64,000 bases of DNA from Betaproteobacteria bacterium (GTDB taxonomy: Bacteria; Pseudomonadota; Gammaproteobacteria; Burkholderiales; Ga0077523), in the NCBI GenBank assembly GCA_037141795.1, contig JBAXBV010000016.1:8826-72825 (forward strand), written 5' to 3'. How positions within the stretch are numbered: position 1 is the stretch's first letter; each line of letters opens with the position of its first letter. The notes beneath the pieces were generated by a model. The model was not told the origin of the DNA. It did no database searches and saw nothing but the letters and a program-made list of their open reading frames with translations. The position numbers were made by a program, and so were the translations under genes. Shown piece by piece: positions 28,943 through 38,343 of the stretch.

Positions 28943-29833
28943 ATGCCACCGCCTCCGGAGGACGACTCCGTAATGACCGAACTTGCCCGCCGCATCACCC
29001 GGTCCGCCACGTTCGAGCGCTTCATCGTCGCGGTCATCATCGTCAACGCCGTGCTGATCGGACTCGAGACGGAACCCCGGTTCGTCGCCAGCCTGGGCCC
29101 GGCCATCCATTCCGTGAATGCGGCCATCCTCGGCCTCTTCATCGCCGAGGCTGCCCTCAAGATCCTGGCCGCCTGGCCCCGACCGCAGGCCTACTTCGGC
29201 AACGGCTGGAACCTCTTCGACTTCAGCATCATCCTGCTCTCGCTGATCCCCGCCGCGGGCGAATTCGCCACGGTGGCGCGGTTGATCCGCATACTCCGGG
29301 TCCTGCGGCTCGTCACCACCATGCCGCGCCTGAGACTGATGGTGGCAACCCTGATGCGCTGCATCCCGGGCATGGGGCACGTTCTGGCGCTCATGGGAAT
29401 CCTCTTCTACGTCTACGGCATCGCCGGCTACCACCTCTATGCCACCCACGACCCCGCCCACTGGGGTACCCTCGGGCGGTCCCTGCTGACCCTGTTCCAG
29501 ATCGTCACCCTCGAGGCCTGGGCCGACGTGATGTACAAGGCGATGGAACTGCAGCACCTGCACTGGCTGTTCTTCGTGAGCTTCGTGCTGCTCGGTACCT
29601 TCGTGGTCGTCAACCTCTTCGTGGCCGTGGTGATCAGCAGTCTCGAGGAAAGTCATCGCGAGGTCGCGGAGGCGGACGCGCGGCGTGAAGCCCCCGCCGG
29701 CCGTACGGCGCGCGCGGAGCTGGCCGCCCTGCGGTCCATGCTTGCGGAGGTCGATCGCCGCCTGCATTCTCTCCAGGCCGCATCCCCGGACTCGCCGCCG
29801 TCCGCGGAGCCGGACCCGATGCAGAAACCCTGA
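28943..29833 (+). CDS. Voltage-gated ion channel, single-domain BacNaV/NaChBac family. Start at 28943 or ATG 28973.
   Basis: Six-TM layout. S4 is RLIRILRVLRLV with Arg at every third position. Pore is LFQIVTLEAWADVMY. The C-terminal helical tail is consistent with a coiled coil. Confidence 0.85.
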   Translation: MPPPPEDDSVMTELARRITRSATFERFIVAVIIVNAVLIGLETEPRFVASLGPAIHSVNAAILGLFIAEAALKILAAWPRPQAYFGNGWNLFDFSIILLSLIPAAGEFATVARLIRILRVLRLVTTMPRLRLMVATLMRCIPGMGHVLALMGILFYVYGIAGYHLYATHDPAHWGTLGRSLLTLFQIVTLEAWADVMYKAMELQHLHWLFFVSFVLLGTFVVVNLFVAVVISSLEESHREVAEADARREAPAGRTARAELAALRSMLAEVDRRLHSLQAASPDSPPSAEPDPMQKP

Positions 29834-29900
29834 TCCTTGCGGGTCCCCGGCGGGCCCGGGTTCCGTCAAACTTGCTGCCAGGCTCCAGCGGAGGTCTCCC

Positions 29901-31013
29901 ATGCGCATCGGCATTCCCAGGGAAGTCAAGAACCACGAATACCGCGTCTCCCTCACTCCGGCCGGTGCGGCGCTCCTTGCCGGACGCGGCCACGAGGTCC
30001 GCGTGCAGGTTTCGGCGGGCGCACGCACCGGCTTCAGGGACTCCGACTATGCGGCTGCCGGCGCGCGAATCGTCGCCACCGCGGCGGAAGCCTGGGATGC
30101 CGACCTCGTCGTGAAGGTGAAGGAACCGCAGCCGGAAGAACTGGGTCTCGTTCGCCGGGACCAGGTGCTCTTCACCTACCTTCACCTCGTCACCTGCCCG
30201 GACGTGCTCGACGCCATGACCCGGGCGGGAAACGTCGGCATTGCCTACGAGACGGTCACCGACCCCCGCGGCGACCTGCCCCTGCTGATCCCCATGTCCG
30301 AGGTCGCCGGACGGCTGGCGGTGCAGATGGGTGCCTGGGCGCTGATGCTGCCCCAGGGCGGTAGCGGGGTGCTGATTCCGGGCGTGCCGGGCGTACCGCC
30401 CGCCCGGGTGACGATTCTCGGGGGCGGAACGGTGGGCACCCAGGCTGCCCGAGCGGCCATCGGCGCGGGGGCCGAGGTCACGCTCCTCGACGTCGACCTG
30501 CGGCGTCTCCGGGAACTCGACGACATCTTCGGCGCACGGCTGAAGACAGCCAGTTCCGAGCCAGACGCCATCGCCCGCCACGTGGCCGAAGCAGACCTCG
30601 TGATCGGTGCCGTCCTGGTGCGGGGACGGCACGCGCCGAAGCTCGTGACCCGGGACATGCTCCGGCGGATGCGCCCCGGCTCCGTCCTCGTGGACGTGGG
30701 CATCGACCAGGGCGGGTGTGCCGAAACCTCCCGCCCCACCTCCCACGCGGACCCGCTGTATGTGGAGGAAGGCGTGCTGCACTACTGCGTCGCCAACATG
30801 CCCGGCGCGGTCGCCCGGACATCCACGCTGGCCCTCACGCAGGCCACCCTGCCCCGCGTTGCAGCGCTGGCGGACCTGGGCTGGCGCGAAGCCCTGCGGC
30901 GCGACAGCGGTCTGCGCCAGGGCCTGCAACTCTGGAACGGGTCCGTCACCTACGCGCCGCTCGCCGACGACCTGGGCCTGCCCTTCGTACCGCCGGAAAC
31001 CGCACTGGCCTGA
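29901..31013 (+). CDS. ald: Alanine dehydrogenase
   Basis: MRIGIPREVKNHEYRVSLTP...VKVKEPQ...TYLHL...ILGGGTVG...VDVGIDQGGC. Confidence 0.95.
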   Translation: MRIGIPREVKNHEYRVSLTPAGAALLAGRGHEVRVQVSAGARTGFRDSDYAAAGARIVATAAEAWDADLVVKVKEPQPEELGLVRRDQVLFTYLHLVTCPDVLDAMTRAGNVGIAYETVTDPRGDLPLLIPMSEVAGRLAVQMGAWALMLPQGGSGVLIPGVPGVPPARVTILGGGTVGTQAARAAIGAGAEVTLLDVDLRRLRELDDIFGARLKTASSEPDAIARHVAEADLVIGAVLVRGRHAPKLVTRDMLRRMRPGSVLVDVGIDQGGCAETSRPTSHADPLYVEEGVLHYCVANMPGAVARTSTLALTQATLPRVAALADLGWREALRRDSGLRQGLQLWNGSVTYAPLADDLGLPFVPPETALA

Positions 31014-31103
31014 AGCGGAGTCCGGCCACCCGGAGGGGCCGGGACGGAACTGCGCCGGGGCGCCGATGGTCCACCGGGCATCGCCATTCATGCCCCCCCC
31101 GCC

Positions 31104-31895
31104 ATGGCCCTGTCTCCGAGATCGACCGCCGCGGCCGCGCTCGCCGTCGCGCTCGCACCCGCCATCTCCACCGCCGAGGAACCTCGGCAGGACCTGACCG
31201 CCATCCCCGTGGCCCGCCGCTTCAACCTGATCGGTGCGGGCGTGGGGCTGCTGCCCGAGTTCTCCGGCTCCGACGATCATCGCGTCATGGTGCTCCCGGT
31301 CGTGCGCGTCGCGTGGCGGGACCGCGTGTTCTGGAACATGCTGCAGGCCGGTGCCTGGCTCTGGGACAGCGATGATCGCTCCGTGCGAATCGGCATCGCG
31401 GTCGAGCCCCGGTTCGGCTGGGAAGCCCGGGCGGGAAGCCGTGTCGCAGGCATGCAGGCCCGGGATTTCTCCCTGGAGGGCGGGCCCAACATGCAATGGC
31501 GCACGCCCGCTGGCGTGTTCAACCTGAACTTCTACCAGGATCTCGGCGGCGCGAGCAACGGACAGACGGCCCAGGTTCAGTTCATCCGCGTCCTGGTGGG
31601 CGCTCCCGCGCTGCGGGTCAATGCCAGCGCCGGGCTGCAGTGGTTCAGCGGGGGAATGAACGACTACTACTTCGGCGTGCGGTCCGGGGAATCCTCGCCG
31701 GGCCGCCCCGCCTGGACGGCGCGCAGTTCCACCAGTCTGCAGCTGGGTGTGAACGGGTCCTGGTCCCCCGGGGGGCGGGGTGCCGTGCTCTTCGGCCTGA
31801 ACGGCAGCCGGCTCGGTGATGGCGCAGCCGACAGCCCGATCGTCGAAACCCGCTACCAGTCCGTCCTGTACCTCGGCTACGGATGGACCTTCTGA
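31104..31895 (+). CDS. MipA/OmpV family outer-membrane protein
   Basis: Signal peptide, alternating beta-strand pattern, DYYFGV motif and C-terminal YLGYGWTF typical of OM beta-barrels in the MipA family. Confidence 0.75.
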   Translation: MALSPRSTAAAALAVALAPAISTAEEPRQDLTAIPVARRFNLIGAGVGLLPEFSGSDDHRVMVLPVVRVAWRDRVFWNMLQAGAWLWDSDDRSVRIGIAVEPRFGWEARAGSRVAGMQARDFSLEGGPNMQWRTPAGVFNLNFYQDLGGASNGQTAQVQFIRVLVGAPALRVNASAGLQWFSGGMNDYYFGVRSGESSPGRPAWTARSSTSLQLGVNGSWSPGGRGAVLFGLNGSRLGDGAADSPIVETRYQSVLYLGYGWTF

Positions 31896-31981
31896 CGCCC
31901 CGACCGCCCCCCGGCATCGCGGTCCCGTCCCGGAGCAGACGGGACTGACCAGTCCGGCACCGGAGACCAGACATTGCCCCG

Positions 31982-34399
31982 TCAGGGACGGCCGAGGTCC
32001 CTGAGCAGGGCGGCCGCCTGGGCGTCTCCGGGCATCAGGGCCTCCAGGCGCAGCGCCCAGGTGCGGGCCGCCCGGCGGTCGCCCGCGTCCCGAGAGAGGG
32101 TCGCCAGCCCCGCGAGCGTGTCCCGATCCGCGGGGTGGCGCCGGTGGTTTTCCTTCAGCAGCCGCAGGGCCCGATCCCGGTGCCCGGAGGAAGACTCGGC
32201 GATCGCGTACACGTAGAGGTAGCGAGGATTCGACGGATCCTCCCGCGCTGCCCGGCCAAGTGCCGAGAGGGCGGCGGGGAACTGTTTCTCCCTCACCAGA
32301 GCGAGCCCGAGAACGTGGTGCAGGGACGCGTTCTCGGGAACTGCCGCCAGACCCTCCCTGAGCACCGCCAGCACGTCGGCGTCCCGCCCGTCACGGCGAT
32401 ACAGCTCGGCGAGATTCACATAGGCAGGAACGAACAGGCGGTCCAGGGCGATCGCGCGACGGTACTCCGCTTCTGACCGCGCCGACTCGCCGAGACTTGC
32501 GTGCATGCCGCCGAGGTTCGCGTGGGCCTCGGGACGATCGGCATTCACGTTCTGGACGGCCACGTACTCCTCGAGCGACCGGGCCATGGCATTGCGCCCG
32601 CGCTCATCGAGATCCGGGGGCATCACCATGAGAAGAGAGACAGCCTCGATGCGGACACCCCGCACGGGATCGTCCAGCAGCCGCGCCGCGTGGCGCCAGC
32701 GTTCGGCGGGGTCGACGGCCTGAAGCGCCCGCAGGGCACCGATCCGCACGAGCGGGTCGGCATCCGCGAGCGCGCGCGAGGCCTCGTCGAGCGCGTCGCG
32801 ATTCAGGTAGGAACCGAGCGACTCCAGGGCCGTGGCCCGGACGATCGCGGGCTGGCCGGCGCCGCGCACCACGTCCAGCAAGGCGGCGCGCGCCCCGGGA
32901 AGTCTGCGCCGCGCCGCATCGAGGGCGGGCGCGAACTGCTGGAAACCCTTGCGGACCGGACCGTGCCACCGCTCCACGGCAGCGGCTGCCCAGGCTGCAG
33001 GACGGTCCCGGTGGCAATCGCTGCAGGCATTGGGCGTCCTGAGCGCCACCGACAGGTCCGGGCGCGGCACCCGAAAACCGTGGTCGTGGCGGACATCCAC
33101 CCCCATGTACGTCCGCGCGGGCATGTGGCAGGCCGCACACGCCTGGGCAGCCGGGGCTCCCGGGTGGCGATGGTGCGTTTCGGCACCGTACTTTTCCAGG
33201 GCGTGGCACTGCCCGCACACCCCGTTGCCCGACGCCCGCAGCCCGCCGGAGTGGGGATCGTGGCAATCGCTGCAGGTCACCCCCCTTGCATTCATCCGGC
33301 TCTGCAGGAACGGGCCATGGTTGTAGACCTCGTCGCGCATCTGGCCGTCGGCCTCGTAGAGGTCGGGCGACAGCAGCGCCGGCAGATGCGTGTCGGCGAG
33401 CGGACGGCCGGGCACATGACCCTCCCAGATCTGGGCACGGCGGGCGTGGCAAAGGGCGCAGGTTTCGATTTCCCGCGCCGACTGGCGCGGTACGCTGCGA
33501 ACGCCATTGCCGGATGCCGCGTCGATCTTCCAGACCACGCCCCGGCGCTCGTCGAAGGTCACCGGAAATCCGCTCGCCGGCTCGCCGATGCGCCCGCCCG
33601 CGCCCGCGCGCCGCGCGAGGTCGACGTGCCGGGATCCCGCGCCGTGACAGCTCTCGCAGCCCACGCTCACCTCGCTCCACGTGGTCGCAAAGGTGTTCCT
33701 TGCCACGTCGTAATGCTTCTGCACCCGGGTGGAGTGACAGTCTGCGCACATGAAGTTCCAGTTCTGCGAACCCTGCGTCCAGTGCAGGGGGTCGTCATGT
33801 CTGACGGGGCCGTCCGGATAGAGGTGATACCAGCGCTGACCCCCTTCCGCCCTGGGCCGCGTATCCCAGACGATGGAAAGCGCCTGCAACCGCCCGTCCG
33901 GAAGTGCGATGAGGTATTGCTGGAGGGGCGTCACGCCGAACGTGTAGCGGATCTCGAAGTCCTTCAGGACGCCGTCGGGGCCATCGGTGTTCACGAAGAA
34001 CCGATCGTCCCGACGGAAGAAGGTCGAAGTCACGCCGGACCGCGTGTACCGGGTGTTGGCGAAGTCCGCCAGAACGGTGGACGGTGTGGCGGGCTGCATG
34101 GCCAGACCGTGATGGGACCCCTTCCACTGGGCATGCTGGGCTGCGTGACAGGTGGCGCACGCCGCGCTGCCCACGTAACCGGCGGGCGCCTGCGCCAGCC
34201 CGGTGGCGGTCTGCCCTTCCCGCCCCTGCCACCACCAGACGACCGCGGCGATGACGAGACCCAGCGCGATCACAGCCGCGGCAAGGTACGCCACCCTGGG
34301 TCTAGCCGTCCGCCGTGCGTCCGCCGGCGGCACCGCGGACGACGTCGACGTCACGGCAGCCGGAATCTCTCCGGGACTCCCGGTCCGCTTCCGACTCAT
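31982..34399 (-). CDS. Membrane-anchored multihaem c-type cytochrome (8 CXXCH) fused to HEAT-like and TPR repeats
   Basis: N-terminal TM VAYLAAAVIALGLVIAAVVWWW. Haem motifs CATCH, CADCH, CESCH, CALCH, CSDCH, CGQCH, CAACH, CSDCH. The C-terminal ~300 aa are repeat helices (AHANLG..., AYVNLAELY...). Confidence 0.85.
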   Translation of the reverse strand: MSRKRTGSPGEIPAAVTSTSSAVPPADARRTARPRVAYLAAAVIALGLVIAAVVWWWQGREGQTATGLAQAPAGYVGSAACATCHAAQHAQWKGSHHGLAMQPATPSTVLADFANTRYTRSGVTSTFFRRDDRFFVNTDGPDGVLKDFEIRYTFGVTPLQQYLIALPDGRLQALSIVWDTRPRAEGGQRWYHLYPDGPVRHDDPLHWTQGSQNWNFMCADCHSTRVQKHYDVARNTFATTWSEVSVGCESCHGAGSRHVDLARRAGAGGRIGEPASGFPVTFDERRGVVWKIDAASGNGVRSVPRQSAREIETCALCHARRAQIWEGHVPGRPLADTHLPALLSPDLYEADGQMRDEVYNHGPFLQSRMNARGVTCSDCHDPHSGGLRASGNGVCGQCHALEKYGAETHHRHPGAPAAQACAACHMPARTYMGVDVRHDHGFRVPRPDLSVALRTPNACSDCHRDRPAAWAAAAVERWHGPVRKGFQQFAPALDAARRRLPGARAALLDVVRGAGQPAIVRATALESLGSYLNRDALDEASRALADADPLVRIGALRALQAVDPAERWRHAARLLDDPVRGVRIEAVSLLMVMPPDLDERGRNAMARSLEEYVAVQNVNADRPEAHANLGGMHASLGESARSEAEYRRAIALDRLFVPAYVNLAELYRRDGRDADVLAVLREGLAAVPENASLHHVLGLALVREKQFPAALSALGRAAREDPSNPRYLYVYAIAESSSGHRDRALRLLKENHRRHPADRDTLAGLATLSRDAGDRRAARTWALRLEALMPGDAQAAALLRDLGRP

Positions 34400-34430
34400 G
34401 GAATGGGCATCGCGGTCGCTTGCGCGGCCC

Positions 34431-35435
34431 TCAGGGTTCGAAGGCGAAGATCCGCTTCCAGTCGCGCTGCATGCTCACCACCACCCAGCCGCGCGCCGGA
34501 GCCTCATCGAGCCCCCGGGCCAGCCGGCCCATGGCGGACTGCCGGTCATAGGCGTATTCGCGCGCCGCGTCGTCGTGGTGCACCAGCAGACCGAGGCGTG
34601 TACCGGCCCCATGGGTAGTCCACTCCAGCATCTGGAAATCGCCGTCCGAGTTGCCGAAGGCGGCCACGGGGCGACGGCCGATGTGGGCCTGGATGCCCAC
34701 CGGCTTGCCCGCCTTGTCGTCGATGAACGCGATCCCGGGCAGGCGGACAATGGCCGGTATTCCGTCGCGCACCTCGTACTTCATCTTCACGCTGCTGCCC
34801 ACCACCTGTTCCGGCTGCACCCCGTAGACCGACGCCACCCACGGCCTCATGAATTCCACCCCCCCGCCCGATACGATCCAGGTGGTGAATCCATTCGCGC
34901 GCAGGTACGCGAGCAGTTCGAGCATGGGCTGGTAGACGAGCTCGGTGTAGGGCTGCCTGAACCGCGGATGTCGGGCCGTGGCCAGCCAGTCGCGCACGAT
35001 GGTCTCGAACTCCCCGGGCGTCATGCCCGCATGGGTTGCGGCAATCAGTTCGGCAAGACCGTGCTCGCCCGCCGCGGCGAGGGCCTTGCGGTCGCCGTCG
35101 AGCACCGCCTTGAAGGGCTGGCGGGTCTTCCACTCGGGATGCCGCGGTGCCAGCGCCCGGACGCGATCGAGCGCAAAGGCGAGCTGCACATACATGGGCT
35201 GTTCGGCCCAGAGGCAGCCATCGTTGTCGAACACCGCGATGCGGTCCTCGGGCGGGATGAACGTGTCGCCGGGCGTGGTGGCCGCGGTGACGAATGCGAT
35301 CAGCGCCTGTCGCGACGGCCCCTCGTTCCAGGAGGGCAGCACGTCCTGCGCGCGCGCGGCCGGACTGGCAAGCAGCACGAGCAGCCCCGCGAGCCGCAGC
35401 ATCATCCGGAAAAGAGGAAGTCTGTATCGCCCCAT
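34431..35435 (-). CDS. Secreted HAD-superfamily hydrolase (HAD-IB-like)
   Basis: Signal peptide. AVFDNDGCLW (DxDG motif I), WIVSGGG, FGNSDGD (motif IV). Confidence 0.7.
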   Translation of the reverse strand: MGRYRLPLFRMMLRLAGLLVLLASPAARAQDVLPSWNEGPSRQALIAFVTAATTPGDTFIPPEDRIAVFDNDGCLWAEQPMYVQLAFALDRVRALAPRHPEWKTRQPFKAVLDGDRKALAAAGEHGLAELIAATHAGMTPGEFETIVRDWLATARHPRFRQPYTELVYQPMLELLAYLRANGFTTWIVSGGGVEFMRPWVASVYGVQPEQVVGSSVKMKYEVRDGIPAIVRLPGIAFIDDKAGKPVGIQAHIGRRPVAAFGNSDGDFQMLEWTTHGAGTRLGLLVHHDDAAREYAYDRQSAMGRLARGLDEAPARGWVVVSMQRDWKRIFAFEP

Positions 35436-35528
35436 GTACGCTGTCTCCTGTCAGGCCGGCGGAAGGGTGGCGGCGACGCTATCACGTTCCCCGCATGGTG
35501 TCAGCCGGACAGGCACCGGAGGACTGCC

Positions 35529-38105
35529 TCAGGCACCACCGGCGCGCCGCTCGAGATCGGCCAGCATGCGCCGCACCCGGTCTTCCACCTTCTCGGTGGA
35601 CAGCCTTTCCCGGATGCGGTCCACCAGCAGGGGAAATGCGAAGGGCGACGTGTGCGGCGGCTTCATCACGACGACCCGCCTCCCCGCCAGCGCGTGCAGG
35701 GTGCGCTCCAGCCGGGAGTACTCGAGTTCCTGCTCCAGCACCTCCCGCCGGGCCTGCTGCAGCAGCGGGTTGTGCGGCTCGTGCTGGCGGAAGACCTCGT
35801 AGAACAGCTCGCTCGAAGCCTGCAGCTGCCGGGTGCTCCGGCCCTCGCCGGGGTAGCCCTGGAAGACGAGGCCGGCAATGCGCGCGATCGCGCGGAAGCG
35901 GCCGCGGGCGAGCTGCCCCGCGTTGAGGCTGTCGAGAATGTCCTGTTCGAGCCCGTCAGCCGAGAGCAGCCCGGCGTCGAGCGCTGCCTCCCAGTCGACG
36001 GCGGCGGGTGCAAGCAGTTCCAGGCCGTAGTCGTTCACACACATCGAGAAGCTGACCGGCTGGGTGCGGCCGATGCGCCAGGCCAGGAGGTTCGCGAGCC
36101 CGGTGTGCACGTGGCGCCCGGCGAAGGGAAAACAGAAGAAGTGAAAGCCCTCGCGGCTCCTCGACAGCTCGATCAGCAGTTCATCGGCTGCGGGAATGCG
36201 CGACCACCGGCGCTGGATGTCGAACAGCGGCGCGAGCGCCGCCATCTCGGGCTCCTCCAGCCGATTCCGGCTGGCCTCGTCGACCAGGGCCACGACCGCC
36301 TCGGCGAGTTCCGAGGACAGGGGCATCCTGCCGCCGTTCCACCTGGGCACGGCTCCCTTCCCGGGGCCCGCCCTGCGCACGAACGCCGTCATCTCGCGCA
36401 CACGAACCAGCTCGAGGGCGCGCCCCGCGAACCAGAAGCAATCCCCAGGGCGCAGCATGCCGATGAACGATTCCTCCACGTGCCCGATCCTGCCGCCCGA
36501 CAGCCATCGGACCTCCATGGCGGCATCGCTCAGGATCGTCCCGATGCTGGCGCGGTGGCGCCGCGCGATGCGGCCATCGGGCACGGTGTGAAGACCCTCG
36601 GCATCCGCCACGACCTTGTGGTACTCGGGGTAGGCGGCCAGGGAGGCGCCGCCCCGGGTGACAAAGGCAAGCGCCCACTGCCAGACCTCCTCCGGCAAGT
36701 CCGAGTAAGCGTGTGTTGACCGCACCTCTGCCAGAAGCCCGGCGGACCGGAATCCCCCGCCGAGCGCGACGGTGACCAGATGCTGCACCAGGACATCGAG
36801 CGGCTGGCGGGGTGGCCGCCGGGATTCGATTCGCCCCGCCACGGCAGCGCGGCGCGCCGCAGCGGCCTCGATCAGCTCGAACGCGTGGGTCGGCACACAG
36901 GTCACCCGCGAGGCGCGACCGGGGGCGTGCCCGGAACGCCCGGCCCTCTGCAGCAAGCGGGCGACTCCCTTGGGACTGCCCAGCTGGATGACCCGCTCCA
37001 CCGGAAGGAAATCCACCCCCAGGTCGAGACTGGACGTACAGACGCAGGCCTTGAGCGCACCGGCCTTCAACCCCCGTTCCACCCAGTCCCGAAGGCTCCG
37101 GTCGAGGGACCCATGATGCAGGGCGAGCAGACCCGCCCAGTCGGGGCGCGCCTCGAGAACCGCCTGGTACCAGAGTTCGGCCTGGGAACGCGTGTTGGTG
37201 AAGACGAGGGTGGTGGCCGCCGTGTCGATCTCGCGTACCACGTCGCCCACCAGCCGGGTGCCCAGGTGTCCCGCCCAGGGAAACCGTTCCACGGACGCCG
37301 GGATCACCGTGTCGATCGCAAGCTTCCGGGCCGTCTTCCCCTGGACCAGATGACCAGCAGCCGCCGGACCGAGGAGCGCAGCCCTGGCTTCGTCGAGGTT
37401 GCCGAGCGTCGCCGACAGCCCCCAGATCGCCAGGGCAGGATTCCAGGCGCGCAGCCGGGCGAGGGCCAACTGGACCTGCACCCCCCGCTTGCTGCCCATC
37501 AGTTCGTGCCACTCGTCCACGATCACGACAGACGCGGTCGACAGGGTCTCGCGGGCGTCAGCCCGGCTGAGAAGCAGGGAGAGACTCTCCGGGGTGGTCA
37601 CCAGGGCGCTCGGCAGACGGCGGGACTGGCGCGCCCGTTCCGCCGCGGGCGTGTCACCGGTGCGCATTCCTATGGTCCAGGCGAGTCCGAGTTCCGCGAG
37701 GGGTGCCTCCAGGGCCCGGGCCGTGTCCGCTGCCAGTGCCCGCATGGGCGTCAGCCACAGAACCGTGGCCGGGGGAGGGGCTGATCCGTCGGCACCACCC
37801 GTGCGCAGGATCGCGCCAAGCCAGACCGCGTAGGTCTTGCCGGCGCCGGTGGACGCGTGCAGCAGGCCCGACCGGCCAGCCGCCAGGTGTTCCCACACCT
37901 CGCGCTGAAACGCGAAGGGTTCCCACCCCCTTTGCTCAAACCAGCGCTCGACCCTCGCGCGCCAGTCCGGGGAAGATGCAGGATCGACGGCACGCCGTCC
38001 AGACCGTCGGGCCACCTTACACCCCGACCCCGCACCGCACAATGAACAGGCCGAAGCTCCTAGGAAAAGCCCTTCGACCACTCCCCTGGCACCCGACTTG
38101 CTCAT
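35529..38105 (-). CDS. Ligase-associated DNA damage response DExH-box helicase (Lhr-like). The true start may be GTG 38015.
   Basis: ASTGAGKT Walker [10 protein letters not shown] DExH box, about 830-858 aa. Neighbours are the ATP ligase and MBL exonuclease. The first 30 codons have atypically low GC3. Confidence 0.9.
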   Translation of the reverse strand: MSKSGARGVVEGLFLGASACSLCGAGSGCKVARRSGRRAVDPASSPDWRARVERWFEQRGWEPFAFQREVWEHLAAGRSGLLHASTGAGKTYAVWLGAILRTGGADGSAPPPATVLWLTPMRALAADTARALEAPLAELGLAWTIGMRTGDTPAAERARQSRRLPSALVTTPESLSLLLSRADARETLSTASVVIVDEWHELMGSKRGVQVQLALARLRAWNPALAIWGLSATLGNLDEARAALLGPAAAGHLVQGKTARKLAIDTVIPASVERFPWAGHLGTRLVGDVVREIDTAATTLVFTNTRSQAELWYQAVLEARPDWAGLLALHHGSLDRSLRDWVERGLKAGALKACVCTSSLDLGVDFLPVERVIQLGSPKGVARLLQRAGRSGHAPGRASRVTCVPTHAFELIEAAAARRAAVAGRIESRRPPRQPLDVLVQHLVTVALGGGFRSAGLLAEVRSTHAYSDLPEEVWQWALAFVTRGGASLAAYPEYHKVVADAEGLHTVPDGRIARRHRASIGTILSDAAMEVRWLSGGRIGHVEESFIGMLRPGDCFWFAGRALELVRVREMTAFVRRAGPGKGAVPRWNGGRMPLSSELAEAVVALVDEASRNRLEEPEMAALAPLFDIQRRWSRIPAADELLIELSRSREGFHFFCFPFAGRHVHTGLANLLAWRIGRTQPVSFSMCVNDYGLELLAPAAVDWEAALDAGLLSADGLEQDILDSLNAGQLARGRFRAIARIAGLVFQGYPGEGRSTRQLQASSELFYEVFRQHEPHNPLLQQARREVLEQELEYSRLERTLHALAGRRVVVMKPPHTSPFAFPLLVDRIRERLSTEKVEDRVRRMLADLERRAGGA
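38087..38102 (+). promoter_or_regulatory. Sigma54-type -24/-12 element on the strand opposite to the ligase/helicase genes
   Basis: TGGCAC-ccgac-TTGCT is a full match to TGGCAC-N5-TTGCW. It points into the ligase-helicase gap. Confidence 0.35.
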
Positions 38106-38112
38106 CTCCCCG

Positions 38113-38343
38113 TGCAGAGTGTCTGCACCCAGGAGGGTCTCCGATCAGAGGCCCGTCCGCAGGTGGGACGTTCACGAACAGCGACCCCGGCCGGCGCCGA
38201 CAGGGCACCGGTCGCGGACCGCGGAGGGATGAGACCTGCCCGCAAGAATCGGCCGCCTCAAGGGGTAGACCGGACGGGAAACGACAAGAGCGGCGACACG
38301 CCGCCTTCCTCGAAGCCGTCCCATGGGACGGCTTCTTCTTATT
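38113..38343 (+). ncRNA. Candidate ~230-nt non-coding RNA delimited by the sigma54-like promoter and a plus-strand terminator (hypothetical)
   Basis: There is no credible ORF. 5-prime hairpin GTGCAGA-gtg-TCTGCAC (38112-38128), GGGTCTC-cgatca-GAGGCCC (38135-38154), and a terminator at 38312-38343. Confidence 0.25.
38312..38343 (+). terminator. Rho-independent terminator, plus-strand orientation
   Basis: GAAGCCGTCC-catg-GGACGGCTTC followed by TTCTTATT. The other flank gives GAGGAAGG on the minus strand, so no U-tract exists for that orientation. Confidence 0.55.
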
